Source: an uncultured Nitrospiraceae bacterium
GTDB taxonomy: Bacteria > Nitrospirota > Thermodesulfovibrionia > Thermodesulfovibrionales > Dissulfurispiraceae
Length of the DNA: 64,000 bases
Assembly: GCA_963727805.1 (NCBI GenBank)
Contig: CAVSHF010000003.1
Location: 1,184,001-1,248,000, forward strand
Reading direction: 5' to 3'
Part shown: piece after piece, positions 20,114-29,370 of the stretch
Numbering within the stretch: position 1 is the first letter of the stretch
How the letters are laid out: each line of letters begins with the position of its first letter
The notes under the pieces: generated by a model
Database searches by the model: none
What the model saw: the letters and a program-made list of their open reading frames with translations, nothing else
Told to the model about the DNA's origin: nothing
Position numbers and translations under genes: made by a program

Positions 20114-21369
20114 TTGCTTCCTCCATTGGATTTTCCTGCGCCCTCGGAACGCCTGCATAGTAGTGCGGCATTGATGCCGCCAAATGCAAAACCGTTCTTC
20201 AGGATTGTCGTGATCTTTTTGCCGGTCTTCTCTGTAACATGATTAATCCCCCCGCAATCAGGACTGACAGTATCGAGGTTCCTAGTCGGATAAACGACCG
20301 ATCTCTCCATCATCATCAGGGAGGCGATCAGTTCAATCGCGCCTGAAGCACCCAGGGTATGGCCGATATGTCCCTTAAGGCTGCTTACCGGAACAGAATC
20401 CCCGAACACTTCTCTGATAGCCTCAGCCTCTTCCGTGTCACCCTGAAGCGTTGCCGTTGCATGAGCGTTGATATAATCCACTTCATCCGGCGCAATCCGA
20501 GCATCTTTCATTGCCTCTCTCATGCAGTGGATCATGGAATCCCTGTTGGACTGGCTCACATGAGCACCGTTTCCGCTTGTAGAATAGCCGAGGATTTCAG
20601 CGTAAATCTTTGCATCCCTGCCGACGGCCCGTTCATACTCTTCCAAAACCAATATTCCGCTCCCCTCTCCGCAGACGAGTCCGTCACGTTCTTTGTCAAA
20701 AGGCCTGGGGGTCTTTTGAGGGGTCTGGTTATAATTAGTTGAGGTAGCATAAAGTATATCGAAAGAGCCTGTCACCGTCGGGTGAAGCTCTTCGGCCCCG
20801 CCGCAAAGCATGATCTCCTGCCTCCCCAACCTTATCAGGTCATAGCCGGTACCGATGGCCTGGAGAGAGGATGCGCAGGCTGCAGAGGTAGCCATTATAT
20901 AACCGCTCAATTCGAGATATTGGGCGACATTCACCGCCGCCGTATGAGACATGCACTGGAAAAACATCGAGGAGTTGAGCTGGCTAATGTCCCTGTCGGG
21001 AAGCATTATTTCGAAGGTATCATTGATACTCTTGGCGCTCCCCATGGTTGAGCCGATAACGCATCCGACTTGCCATGTCTGCATTCCGGGCAGCGCAATG
21101 CCCGCGTCAGCAAGTGCCTGCTCTGCAGCTTGGGCGGCGAAGATGCTCATGCGGCCCATAGTGCGCCTCTTTTGTCGCGGTATCTTCTTCTCATCCCGTA
21201 TCTCGGCAGGAGCGCCAACAAGACTGCGCAGACCGATATACCGGTCCCAACCCTCCATATAGCGCACGGCGCTTCGTCCTTCCTCAATCCCCTCCATCAG
21301 TGCATGCACATCGTTTCCAAAAGGAGAGACGGCACCCACCCCTGTGATCACTACTCTTTTCAGCTGCAT
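20110..21369 (-). CDS. Beta-ketoacyl-ACP synthase (FabF/FabB-like)
   Basis: AACASS, NAHATAT, KGHIGHTLGASG, FAFGGIN. Confidence 0.93.
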   Translation of the reverse strand: MQLKRVVITGVGAVSPFGNDVHALMEGIEEGRSAVRYMEGWDRYIGLRSLVGAPAEIRDEKKIPRQKRRTMGRMSIFAAQAAEQALADAGIALPGMQTWQVGCVIGSTMGSAKSINDTFEIMLPDRDISQLNSSMFFQCMSHTAAVNVAQYLELSGYIMATSAACASSLQAIGTGYDLIRLGRQEIMLCGGAEELHPTVTGSFDILYATSTNYNQTPQKTPRPFDKERDGLVCGEGSGILVLEEYERAVGRDAKIYAEILGYSTSGNGAHVSQSNRDSMIHCMREAMKDARIAPDEVDYINAHATATLQGDTEEAEAIREVFGDSVPVSSLKGHIGHTLGASGAIELIASLMMMERSVVYPTRNLDTVSPDCGGINHVTEKTGKKITTILKNGFAFGGINAALLCRRSEGAGKSNGGSK

Positions 21370-22871
21370 AAATACCTGCGCAGAAATGAGTTGTATTGTT
21401 CCTCTTTTATAAGAGACCTCCCGACAATAAACGAAGACATCATTGCGCCAATTATCCCTGGCAACAGAGAACTTTGGCCCGCTGCGTAAAGGTTCCGCAG
21501 TGGAAGCTTTCCGAAGAGATTGTATTGTCCCATCTTCTGCTTTATTCCGTAGGCAGCCCCGTCATAATTGTTCAGATAATCCCTGAACGTCAGTATTGAT
21601 GCAGAATCATAGGCTTTCAGGCGTCCTCGGTATTGCGGAAAGACAGTAAAAATCCGCTCCATGGTACGCTCAACCTTTCTCTTTTTATAATCGTAGTATG
21701 CCTGTGGTCTTTTCCCGACCGTCAGGCCTTTCCATGCCGCAACATGCTCTGGAGCGGAGGGCTCGCAGGTATTAATGACCTTGTGAATCTTCTCACCCTC
21801 TTGCTCCACCGATTTGATGAGTACCAGTGCCGAATCACCTTCGCTTGCAGCATCAAGGAGCTCATTGATGTCATGATTAGGGAGGAGCGTAATGATAGAC
21901 GCATCGAAATCGGGATCATCATCTCCCGGAGCAAGAGCTGAAAAAACGGAAAAAAATCCGGAGGACGGCTCGAATGATGCAACCCTGTTCATAAAGGCCT
22001 TGCTCAAATGTTTCTCAGGCAGGATCTTTACTATCTCTTTGGGATGTATCGTGAGAATACAATTGTCAGCCGATACTTCCTCGCCGGTATTCAGAATGAA
22101 ACGTCCGACCCTGTTGTTGGAGATATCGGCCATTTCCGCGATGTGCGTCCCGCAACGAATTTCGATATCGTGGTCCACAAATCGTGATTTAAAGGCCTTT
22201 ATGAATGCTCCGCCGCCGCCCTTGACCCGCGCGACCGATTCGTACAAGCCAATGCATATCCTGCTGTGATTGGCAAACGAAACCTCTTGAGGTTTTACCC
22301 CATAGCACATCGCGAAACCGCAGAGCAAAGCCTTTAGCATAGAGTTCCTTGTCAACCCGTTCAACACATCTTCAAGTGAAACGTAGTCCTCATCCAAAGA
22401 CGTATGCAAGGCGTCAAGTGTGCGTAAATTCATCGAGGGGGTCCGATCACAGACGCTTTGGACTTTATCGAAGTATCTGTCGACAGCCTCGGCCTCTTTC
22501 GGGAAATATCCCTTGAATTTATTTTTCATTCTTTCAATCCCATAAGGGATTTCATAGAGCTTGCCTTCAGACTCAAGGATAAACTGGTTGGCGCTGTCTT
22601 CGGTCAGGAAGATCGGCTGTATTAAATCACGGATACCCAGAACAACAAGGATTTCATCGAGTATCCCCCCTTTTTGGAGTCCCCCAGTGAAATGGAAGCC
22701 GGTATCGAATGGTATCCCTCCCCTGCAAAACCGCGACATCGACCCGCCGATAGCTGGACTCTTTTCCAGAAGTAAAACCTTTCTCCCGTTCAGGGCGAGA
22801 ATAAGGCTCATCGTTAGTCCGCTGATGCCACTCCCGACCACAATATCATCATATTTTTTTATGTTCGACAT
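21360..22871 (-). CDS. Phytoene desaturase family FAD oxidoreductase
   Basis: VVGSGISGL, FDTGFH, GAAYG, NLYAAGQ; start set at ATG 22871. Confidence 0.85.
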   Translation of the reverse strand: MSNIKKYDDIVVGSGISGLTMSLILALNGRKVLLLEKSPAIGGSMSRFCRGGIPFDTGFHFTGGLQKGGILDEILVVLGIRDLIQPIFLTEDSANQFILESEGKLYEIPYGIERMKNKFKGYFPKEAEAVDRYFDKVQSVCDRTPSMNLRTLDALHTSLDEDYVSLEDVLNGLTRNSMLKALLCGFAMCYGVKPQEVSFANHSRICIGLYESVARVKGGGGAFIKAFKSRFVDHDIEIRCGTHIAEMADISNNRVGRFILNTGEEVSADNCILTIHPKEIVKILPEKHLSKAFMNRVASFEPSSGFFSVFSALAPGDDDPDFDASIITLLPNHDINELLDAASEGDSALVLIKSVEQEGEKIHKVINTCEPSAPEHVAAWKGLTVGKRPQAYYDYKKRKVERTMERIFTVFPQYRGRLKAYDSASILTFRDYLNNYDGAAYGIKQKMGQYNLFGKLPLRNLYAAGQSSLLPGIIGAMMSSFIVGRSLIKEEQYNSFLRRYLCS

Positions 22872-22881
22872 AGAGCCACCA

Positions 22882-23625
22882 CTACATCGATATCCCGCCG
22901 TTGACACCGATGACCTGTCCATGAATATACATATTCTCTTCAGTGCACAGGAAATTGACTACTGAAGCAACATCCTCAGGTCGGCCGAAGCGGTTAACGG
23001 GGATTAATGTAAGAATCTGCTCTTTGGCAAGATTTTCTGTCATATCTGTTTCAATAAAGCCAGGGGCAACCACGTTGACATACACTTTCTTTTTTCCCAC
23101 CTCACGAGCCAGGGCCTTTGCTGCGCCAATCAGGCCGGCTTTAGAAGCAGAATAATTGACTTGACCCGCCTGGCCGATTTGGCCTGCAGTAGAGGAGATC
23201 ACTACAACTCGCCCTCTCTTTTCCTTCAGCATCGAAAACAGCACTGTACGGGTCACATTAAAAAACCCGTCCAGATTTGTAGAAAGAACGGTATCCCATT
23301 CCTCTTTTTTCATCCAAAGTAAAAGGTTATCCTTGGTAATCCCTGCGTTGTACACCAGGACATGCGGAGCATTCTCCTCAACTCTGGCGCTCAGGGCGAC
23401 TACCGTCTCCTCATAGCTGGAGACATCAAACGGGATTAATTCACAGGTCATTCCTGTTTTTTCTATCTCCGCTCTGACCTGGTGAGCGGCGTCATGATTG
23501 CTCTTATACGTGAGCCAGATAGAAAATCCGGACTGCGCCAATCGCAAAGCAATAGCACGTCCTATCCCTCGGCTGCCGCCAATTATTAACGCAATATTAT
23601 TATGATTCATAAGTGCATTTTTCAA
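22882..23625 (-). CDS. fabG: 3-oxoacyl-ACP reductase (cluster copy)
   Basis: GGSRGIG, NAGIT, YSASK, APGFIET; start TTG 23625 or ATG 23610. Confidence 0.9.
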   Translation of the reverse strand: MKNALMNHNNIALIIGGSRGIGRAIALRLAQSGFSIWLTYKSNHDAAHQVRAEIEKTGMTCELIPFDVSSYEETVVALSARVEENAPHVLVYNAGITKDNLLLWMKKEEWDTVLSTNLDGFFNVTRTVLFSMLKEKRGRVVVISSTAGQIGQAGQVNYSASKAGLIGAAKALAREVGKKKVYVNVVAPGFIETDMTENLAKEQILTLIPVNRFGRPEDVASVVNFLCTEENMYIHGQVIGVNGGISM

Positions 23626-23631
23626 ACCTGT

Positions 23632-23660
23632 AGTCTACATATTTTCAGTTTTCTTTTCAA
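23632..23660 (-). promoter_or_regulatory. Putative sigma70 promoter of the lipid operon
   Basis: Minus strand TTGAAA-N17-TAGACT immediately upstream of fabG. Confidence 0.55.
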
Positions 23661-23776
23661 ATAATCGAGGCCCGTATGACTATGTTTTCAACATTATTAT
23701 GATAAACTTATACAAATACAATCAAGTTTGGATTATAATTGTTAACTTAAGAACTTTCACCGATGCATAAATAACA

Positions 23777-25231
23777 TTGACAGAAAAAAAGAAAATATTA
23801 CTGGTCCATCCACTGGGAGAGAACTGGATGCCTGGCGAGCAAGATATGTCGCGCATTACCAATATCATGCCGCCCCAGGGTCTACTTTCCTTGGCGGCCT
23901 GGGTAGAAAAACACGGGCATCAGACGGCAATTCATGACTGCTATGCATTTCCTGGACTGGACAATGGAATTTATAGTTATTTAAAAGAACAACGCCCTGA
24001 TTTTGTTGGGTTCTCCACAACAACTTCCAGCTTTTTGGACGGCATACGTCTGGCAGAGCAGGCAAAAAAAATATTACACTCCGTAAAGGTTGTCTTTGGT
24101 GGAGTCCATATGTCGGCACTGCGGGATCAGCTTCTGCGTGATTTCCCGATTATAGATTACGGAGTAGTCGGCGAGGGCGAAGAGACGCTATTGGAACTAA
24201 TGGAATCGGATGGCAATGGACTGCGTGACATTGAAGGGCTCGTCTTCCGTGAAAAAGATGATATCATTTTCAACGGCTTCAGAAAAAAGCTGCTCGAAAT
24301 GGATTCACTGCCGTTTCCCTCTTATGAGAAATTACACGGATTCCCTGACAGTTATCAATTACCCATTTTCAGCTATCCCAAAGCGCCCAATACCACGGTC
24401 ATCACAAGCCGCGGTTGTCCGTATACCTGCTCGTACTGTGATCGTTCAGTCTTCCGCCGCACCTATCGTTATAATTCACCTGAGTATATGGTGGAATATA
24501 TGTTCCACCTGCAGAGCCGTTTCAATATCAGACATGTCATTATCTATGACGATACATTCACTCTTAAGCGCCAGAGGGTGATCGACTTCTGCGAGCTCAA
24601 GATTAAATCAGGCCTTAAGATGACATTCAATTGTGCCGCCCGTACCGAGCAGCTTGATTTCGAGATGCTCAAACTCTTAAAAAAAGCCGGCTGCTGGATG
24701 ATCAGTCTCGGCATCGAGACGGGTGATCCCGAGCTGCTGAAAAAACATCGGTCCTATTTACCCAATAATAAAATGGACAATCCGCTCGAAAATATCCGCG
24801 ATATGGTCCATCTTATCAGAAAAGCGGGTATCCGCGTTAAAGGGCTTTTTATGCTTGGCCTGCCCGGTGAAACAGAACAGAGCATCAGCAATAGCATGAA
24901 TTATGTGTTCACTCTTCCGCTCGATGAGTTCAATCTGACCAAGCTTACTCCCTTCCCCGGCGCACCTATATACAACGGGATTCGCGAGCAGGGCAGTTTT
25001 GAAGAGAACTGGGAGTTGATGAACGCCCTCAATTTTATCTTTGTTCCCAAAGGATTCACAAAAGAGCGGCTGGAAGAATGCCACCGAGAATTCTATCGCC
25101 GTTATTTTTCGAGAACTAAGATCCTGCTGAAATATGTAACAATGATCTGGAAATCGCCCCACAGCTGGCAGCGTTTTATAAAGAATTTACCGACTTTTTT
25201 ACGTTTCAGAAGAGGATATACAAAGAAGTAG
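23777..25231 (+). CDS. B12-binding radical SAM protein
   Basis: PPQGLLSLAA, GGVH, VGEGE, SRGCPYTCSYC, TPFPGAP; divergent from the operon. Confidence 0.9.
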   Translation: MTEKKKILLVHPLGENWMPGEQDMSRITNIMPPQGLLSLAAWVEKHGHQTAIHDCYAFPGLDNGIYSYLKEQRPDFVGFSTTTSSFLDGIRLAEQAKKILHSVKVVFGGVHMSALRDQLLRDFPIIDYGVVGEGEETLLELMESDGNGLRDIEGLVFREKDDIIFNGFRKKLLEMDSLPFPSYEKLHGFPDSYQLPIFSYPKAPNTTVITSRGCPYTCSYCDRSVFRRTYRYNSPEYMVEYMFHLQSRFNIRHVIIYDDTFTLKRQRVIDFCELKIKSGLKMTFNCAARTEQLDFEMLKLLKKAGCWMISLGIETGDPELLKKHRSYLPNNKMDNPLENIRDMVHLIRKAGIRVKGLFMLGLPGETEQSISNSMNYVFTLPLDEFNLTKLTPFPGAPIYNGIREQGSFEENWELMNALNFIFVPKGFTKERLEECHREFYRRYFSRTKILLKYVTMIWKSPHSWQRFIKNLPTFLRFRRGYTKK

Positions 25232-25521
25232 TGGCTCAAGAGAATTCATGAGAATAGATCTGTGCTTAATCCGGAGATATCCTGATAACTGCATGCATTC
25301 CCCGCTCATTTCCCGCCAGTCGATCCGATTCATTCCTTCCGCCTGTTCCGGCGCAAAAGTGCCACTGTTGGCAGGGGAGAGTTGCGTCTCGGATTGAAAT
25401 ATGCACCGACCTATACTTCCTGAAATCCCCGCAGGAGGGCAGCATGAAAATGCTGATAGTTGTAACCGGCAATGCGCAGGGATTGAAGCAAGTGTCCACC
25501 TACTCATCCACAGGTACCCTC

Positions 25522-26112
25522 CTATTTCTTGATTGCAGCGTTGAATTCCTGATTGTTCAGAAGGGTTTTGACTGCATCAAGAAAGGCGTAACTTAAGCTC
25601 TCCTGATAATTTTCAAGCTTATAGGAACGGCCAAAGCGCTGTGCTTGGGCAGAAATTACTCCCTGCCAGAGGACCTTTCCTTTTGGGTCGGATGCCGATA
25701 CCCGCAGGGTCACAATAGCGTTGTAGAGGTTACTTTCAGTAACATAAAAATTGATGAGTTCAGCCTTAATGATGACCGTTGCATCGTTTTCCACCACAGA
25801 CATCCCATATTGCCTTAAGATATCTTTCATCCTGTCGGTGCACCAGGCTGCCACATTATCCTTTGTGGTAACAGTGCGAACCTCTGCTTTTTCGATATTT
25901 TTTCCTATTTCCTGTTTGTTGGGACGTGAGTCGCCAAAGGGCGCCAGCTTTATCTTGTGTGTCAGCAGACCAGTGAGCGTTGTTGAATCAGAAAAAAGTG
26001 CATTATTGTCCGCTTTCCATACAAGGGGGACATCAGTGAGGTCTGCTGATGCCATTCCACATGACAATGCCGTAATAATGATACACCCCAGAAGCAGCTT
26101 GATCGTTCTCAT
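25522..26112 (-). CDS. Exported protein, YajG-like
   Basis: Signal peptide, GGAGG SD, DSRP and GKVLWQG pattern. Confidence 0.55.
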   Translation of the reverse strand: MRTIKLLLGCIIITALSCGMASADLTDVPLVWKADNNALFSDSTTLTGLLTHKIKLAPFGDSRPNKQEIGKNIEKAEVRTVTTKDNVAAWCTDRMKDILRQYGMSVVENDATVIIKAELINFYVTESNLYNAIVTLRVSASDPKGKVLWQGVISAQAQRFGRSYKLENYQESLSYAFLDAVKTLLNNQEFNAAIKK

Positions 26113-26453
26113 TCAGGCACCTCCCGAATTCGCTATTATAGTCGTTAAGTAAAGTTCCAATATAACATTCTGTTTTATTCACATTCTATCGGCCTGCATC
26201 CGCGTAATCAAGCAATGATTCGCGTTAATTCGCCTTTAAAGGGTCGTGTAATTCCGCATAATAGTACTCTGGAGCGTGTTAAACCGGCTACGTATAAAAA
26301 TGCAATAACCAATCTTCACGCTTTAAGGCTTATTGCGGATTTCAAATACAAATATTTGTAATTTTACAGACTCCCGAATGTGCATGTTGTCCCTTGTATA
26401 GTAACAACATGCCCGCGGATTACCAATGATCTTCTCAGGGCCACCCGAAAAAC

Positions 26454-26481
26454 TTGACAATGTCTTTTTTTATTGTATAAA
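26454..26481 (+). promoter_or_regulatory. Putative sigma70 promoter
   Basis: TTGACA-N16-TATAAA; lies inside the called ORF, so the true start is probably downstream. Confidence 0.5.
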
Positions 26482-26533
26482 TAAATATAGATTCTATTAT
26501 ATGGATGATATTACGGATCGCAATATGGAGACC

Positions 26534-27520
26534 ATGATGCATCGGCAACACAGATCAACCCTGATTGACTTAATCAACCCAAATCAAATAAGTCCGCAAA
26601 GAATGCAGCCTGATCGAGTCAAACATTTTCTTAGGCAGGGATTACTCGCAGTACTTCTCGGCGTTGCGTGTGCAGTACCGGTCATGGCCGCACCGATCCA
26701 GTTACCAGCGATTGTTGAGCCAGCCAGCCAAGAACATCACGTTGGCAAAATTATATTTGTTGAATTGGTAACGCCGGACCTCGCTGCAGCCAAACTGTTC
26801 TATGCGGGACTGTTTGGCTGGACATTTCACGACATTCAGGCCGGTGGGACAGAGTACGCTGAGGCATTTCTCGACGGTCGTCCGGTCGCAGGACTGATTC
26901 ACAAGAAAGTCCCGGCGAACGAGCACCGACAGCCAGCGTGGCTGAGCTTCTTCGCCGTGCGCGATGTCGATGCAGTCAAGAAGGTTGCTTTGCAAAATGC
27001 CGCTAAGATGCTGTTCGAACCGCATAGCATCCCTGACCGCGGCCGGGAAGCAGTCTTCTCGGATCCACAGGGAGCCGTTTTTGCGGTCCTCGCATCCAGT
27101 AGCGGTGATCCGTCTGATGTTCTGGCAGCACCCGGAGAATGGATTTGGAGCTCGTTAATCACGAGCGATCCGGAGACCGCTGCTGCTTTCTACCAGAAGC
27201 TATTCGACTATGACGTCTTCGAGTTACCCGCGAGTGAGGGCGCCGAACATCTCTTGCTTGCATGCGACAACTATGCTCGTGCGAGCGTGAATACGCTGCG
27301 TGCGAAGGGGCCCAAAGCTCATCCCCACTGGCTCAACTACATACGCGTCGAAGATGCGGTCAAGATGACAGCAAAAGTCGTGGCGCTCGGTGGCCGCGTG
27401 CTGGTTGAGCCGCGAATTGATCGCCATGGCGGAAAGGTCGCGGTGGTCGCCGACCCGTTGGGGGCACCCTTTGGATTGCTTGAATGGACGGACACTGACA
27501 GTAAAGAGGTGCCCAAGTGA
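26534..27520 (+). CDS. VOC (glyoxalase/bleomycin resistance) family protein with signal-peptide-like segment
   Basis: Two VOC repeats (FVELVTPD..FY..LFGW...DPQGAVFA; WSSL...FY..LF...DPLGAPFG); start uncertain (26534 follows GGAG). Confidence 0.8.
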   Translation: MMHRQHRSTLIDLINPNQISPQRMQPDRVKHFLRQGLLAVLLGVACAVPVMAAPIQLPAIVEPASQEHHVGKIIFVELVTPDLAAAKLFYAGLFGWTFHDIQAGGTEYAEAFLDGRPVAGLIHKKVPANEHRQPAWLSFFAVRDVDAVKKVALQNAAKMLFEPHSIPDRGREAVFSDPQGAVFAVLASSSGDPSDVLAAPGEWIWSSLITSDPETAAAFYQKLFDYDVFELPASEGAEHLLLACDNYARASVNTLRAKGPKAHPHWLNYIRVEDAVKMTAKVVALGGRVLVEPRIDRHGGKVAVVADPLGAPFGLLEWTDTDSKEVPK

Positions 27521-27852
27521 ATATCTCACTCTTACGCGGATTAGCGCTTGCCTTCGTGGTCTGTACGGCGACGGTTCTGTTGTTCGGCTGTATTGGGGTA
27601 AATGGTGGCGGATACTACGACGACGGATTTATTGGACCGGGCTACTATGAACCCTCCGGTGTCGTCTACGGTGGCTGGGAATCTGGCTACCATGTGGCGC
27701 CGTATCGCGGCGGTGACCATCGTCCAAGCAGTGGAGTTGGCCACGCATCTGCGCGAGCTTACAGATCAGCGCCTGCTTCCCACTCGGTGCCGTCTATTCC
27801 GTCGCAGTCGCGTTCTGGTGGCTCGCATTCTGGTGGCTCGCGATCACGTTGA
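27517..27852 (+). CDS. Small Gly/Tyr/Ser-rich putative lipoprotein
   Basis: Lipobox LFG-C; GTGA overlap with the VOC gene. Confidence 0.65.
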   Translation: MNISLLRGLALAFVVCTATVLLFGCIGVNGGGYYDDGFIGPGYYEPSGVVYGGWESGYHVAPYRGGDHRPSSGVGHASARAYRSAPASHSVPSIPSQSRSGGSHSGGSRSR

Positions 27853-28263
27853 GTGCGGCCAGACAAATCTTGAATTTCCTTCAGGGAAGCTCTTGAATCA
27901 TCGGAATCACTTATGATTCAAAATTGGCGGCCCGATTAGACTGCCAGTTGCCGACTAGATCGGGTATATCTTGCACGCTCATATTTTAGACGTTACGACT
28001 GGAATTAAACACTTTCCCGGCATACCTTAAAACGTTTAGTAGAGACACACCGCACAAAAAGAGACTGTTAATTACGGGGCAAACTATGCAATAGCCTTTG
28101 AAGTTTTCGGATGGCAGGATCCCGTCGGAATAGGCTGCAAATTATCCGGAACTGGTAGCAGAATTGCGGCGGATTCAGTGGATGGATTCACCAGAATACG
28201 TAAACTGTCGTTTATTCGTTTACGAAGAAAGAACTTTTTACCTCATTGACAGTTGGGGGAATA

Positions 28264-28833
28264 CTATTTGATGTACTTCTTCATCTCTCCAGGATAGATT
28301 TTACGTTCATCGGCAGGAGTTTCCTGCTCTGCCGATTTCCATTTGCCCTGCTGCGGCTCAGAGCCTTCTTTTGTCACATCGGCCGGTGATGCATCGGAGA
28401 TTATTGGATTTCTCCGGATATCGATATTTTCCACGCTGCAGCTGAATTCAAGGGATATGCCGTTCGGGTCGAAGGTGAAGATGGAATGGATGAAACTATT
28501 ATCGATTAACTCCGAAACCCAGATATCGTTCGCCTCCAGCTTTTGTTTCAACTTCCAGAGAGTATCATCGTTTTCGACACCAAGCGCCACATGATCAAAA
28601 GCGAATGGCCCCTCGCTAACTCTGCCTGCATCTTTCTCCTCGATCGGTTCAACATTAGGCCACTCAAAAAAAGCGATGAGGTCGTCCGCAGATACTTCAA
28701 AGAAATATTGCCGGTATCCCGGCTTACCCATCGCCGCAACAAGCCGCATGCCCAGTAAGTCCCGCCAAAAGCGTACTGTCTTGTTGATATCCCCCGTTGC
28801 CAAGGCAAGATGATTGATGCCGCGGTATTTCAT
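28264..28833 (-). CDS. VOC family protein
   Basis: GINHLAL, FDHVAL, FDPNGISLE metal-binding motifs. Confidence 0.85.
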   Translation of the reverse strand: MKYRGINHLALATGDINKTVRFWRDLLGMRLVAAMGKPGYRQYFFEVSADDLIAFFEWPNVEPIEEKDAGRVSEGPFAFDHVALGVENDDTLWKLKQKLEANDIWVSELIDNSFIHSIFTFDPNGISLEFSCSVENIDIRRNPIISDASPADVTKEGSEPQQGKWKSAEQETPADERKIYPGEMKKYIK

Positions 28834-28845
28834 TGTCCCTCCCTG

Positions 28846-29282
28846 TTAATAGCCGGGGCCAGTCATTCTCATCCTATTTAGTTTCATTAGATCGATCAAG
28901 CTCTTCACTAATTGTCCATGACCTTCATGAATGAATATCCCCACTTGTGCAATCAAGGCAAAGGCAACCGCAAACAGGGCGAGAGCATACCCGGCAACTG
29001 CGAATTGACCAATGCTGATAAAGCCAATTCCAAACTGAGAAATAGTAAGGATCCCGCACGCAAACTGACCGATTGCAATGACGCCTTTGACCACGACCGG
29101 CACTCGTTCGAGCGATATTTAAACGAGATATGGACGAGGAGTAAACTCAAAATGTTTTTTTGTGTTTTATATTCGAATCCCCTTCCATCCCATTTGTCCT
29201 GGGCGGGATATGGTGCCCCACAACGGGGACAGGTGAAGGCTTGCTCTGAAATGTCGCTTTTACGTTCTCTGCATGGATACAC
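28846..29282 (-). pseudogene. Frameshifted zinc-ribbon/membrane protein gene
   Basis: GTG 29282 after AAGGAG gives YPCRERK..CPRCG...HISFKYRSN; the sequence continues as RVPVVVKGVIAIGQF in another frame near 29107. Confidence 0.6.
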
Positions 29283-29370
29283 GGTTGCTCCTTTCAATCC
29301 GAGAGCAGCAATGCACTTCTCGCCATTTCCACGAAGGTCAACCGTATAATTGCGTCCACTCTCCACAATC

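Noticed and set aside
1..25231. Calling the cluster a ladderane or a plain aryl polyene producer
   Set aside because: Similar gene sets occur in organisms not known to make ladderanes, and canonical aryl polyene clusters lack this radical SAM complement; the product cannot be read from sequence.
25199..25600. Short ORFs after the B12 radical SAM gene, including an AGGAGG-preceded MKMLIVV frame
   Set aside because: No recognisable motifs; they overlap neighbouring genes.
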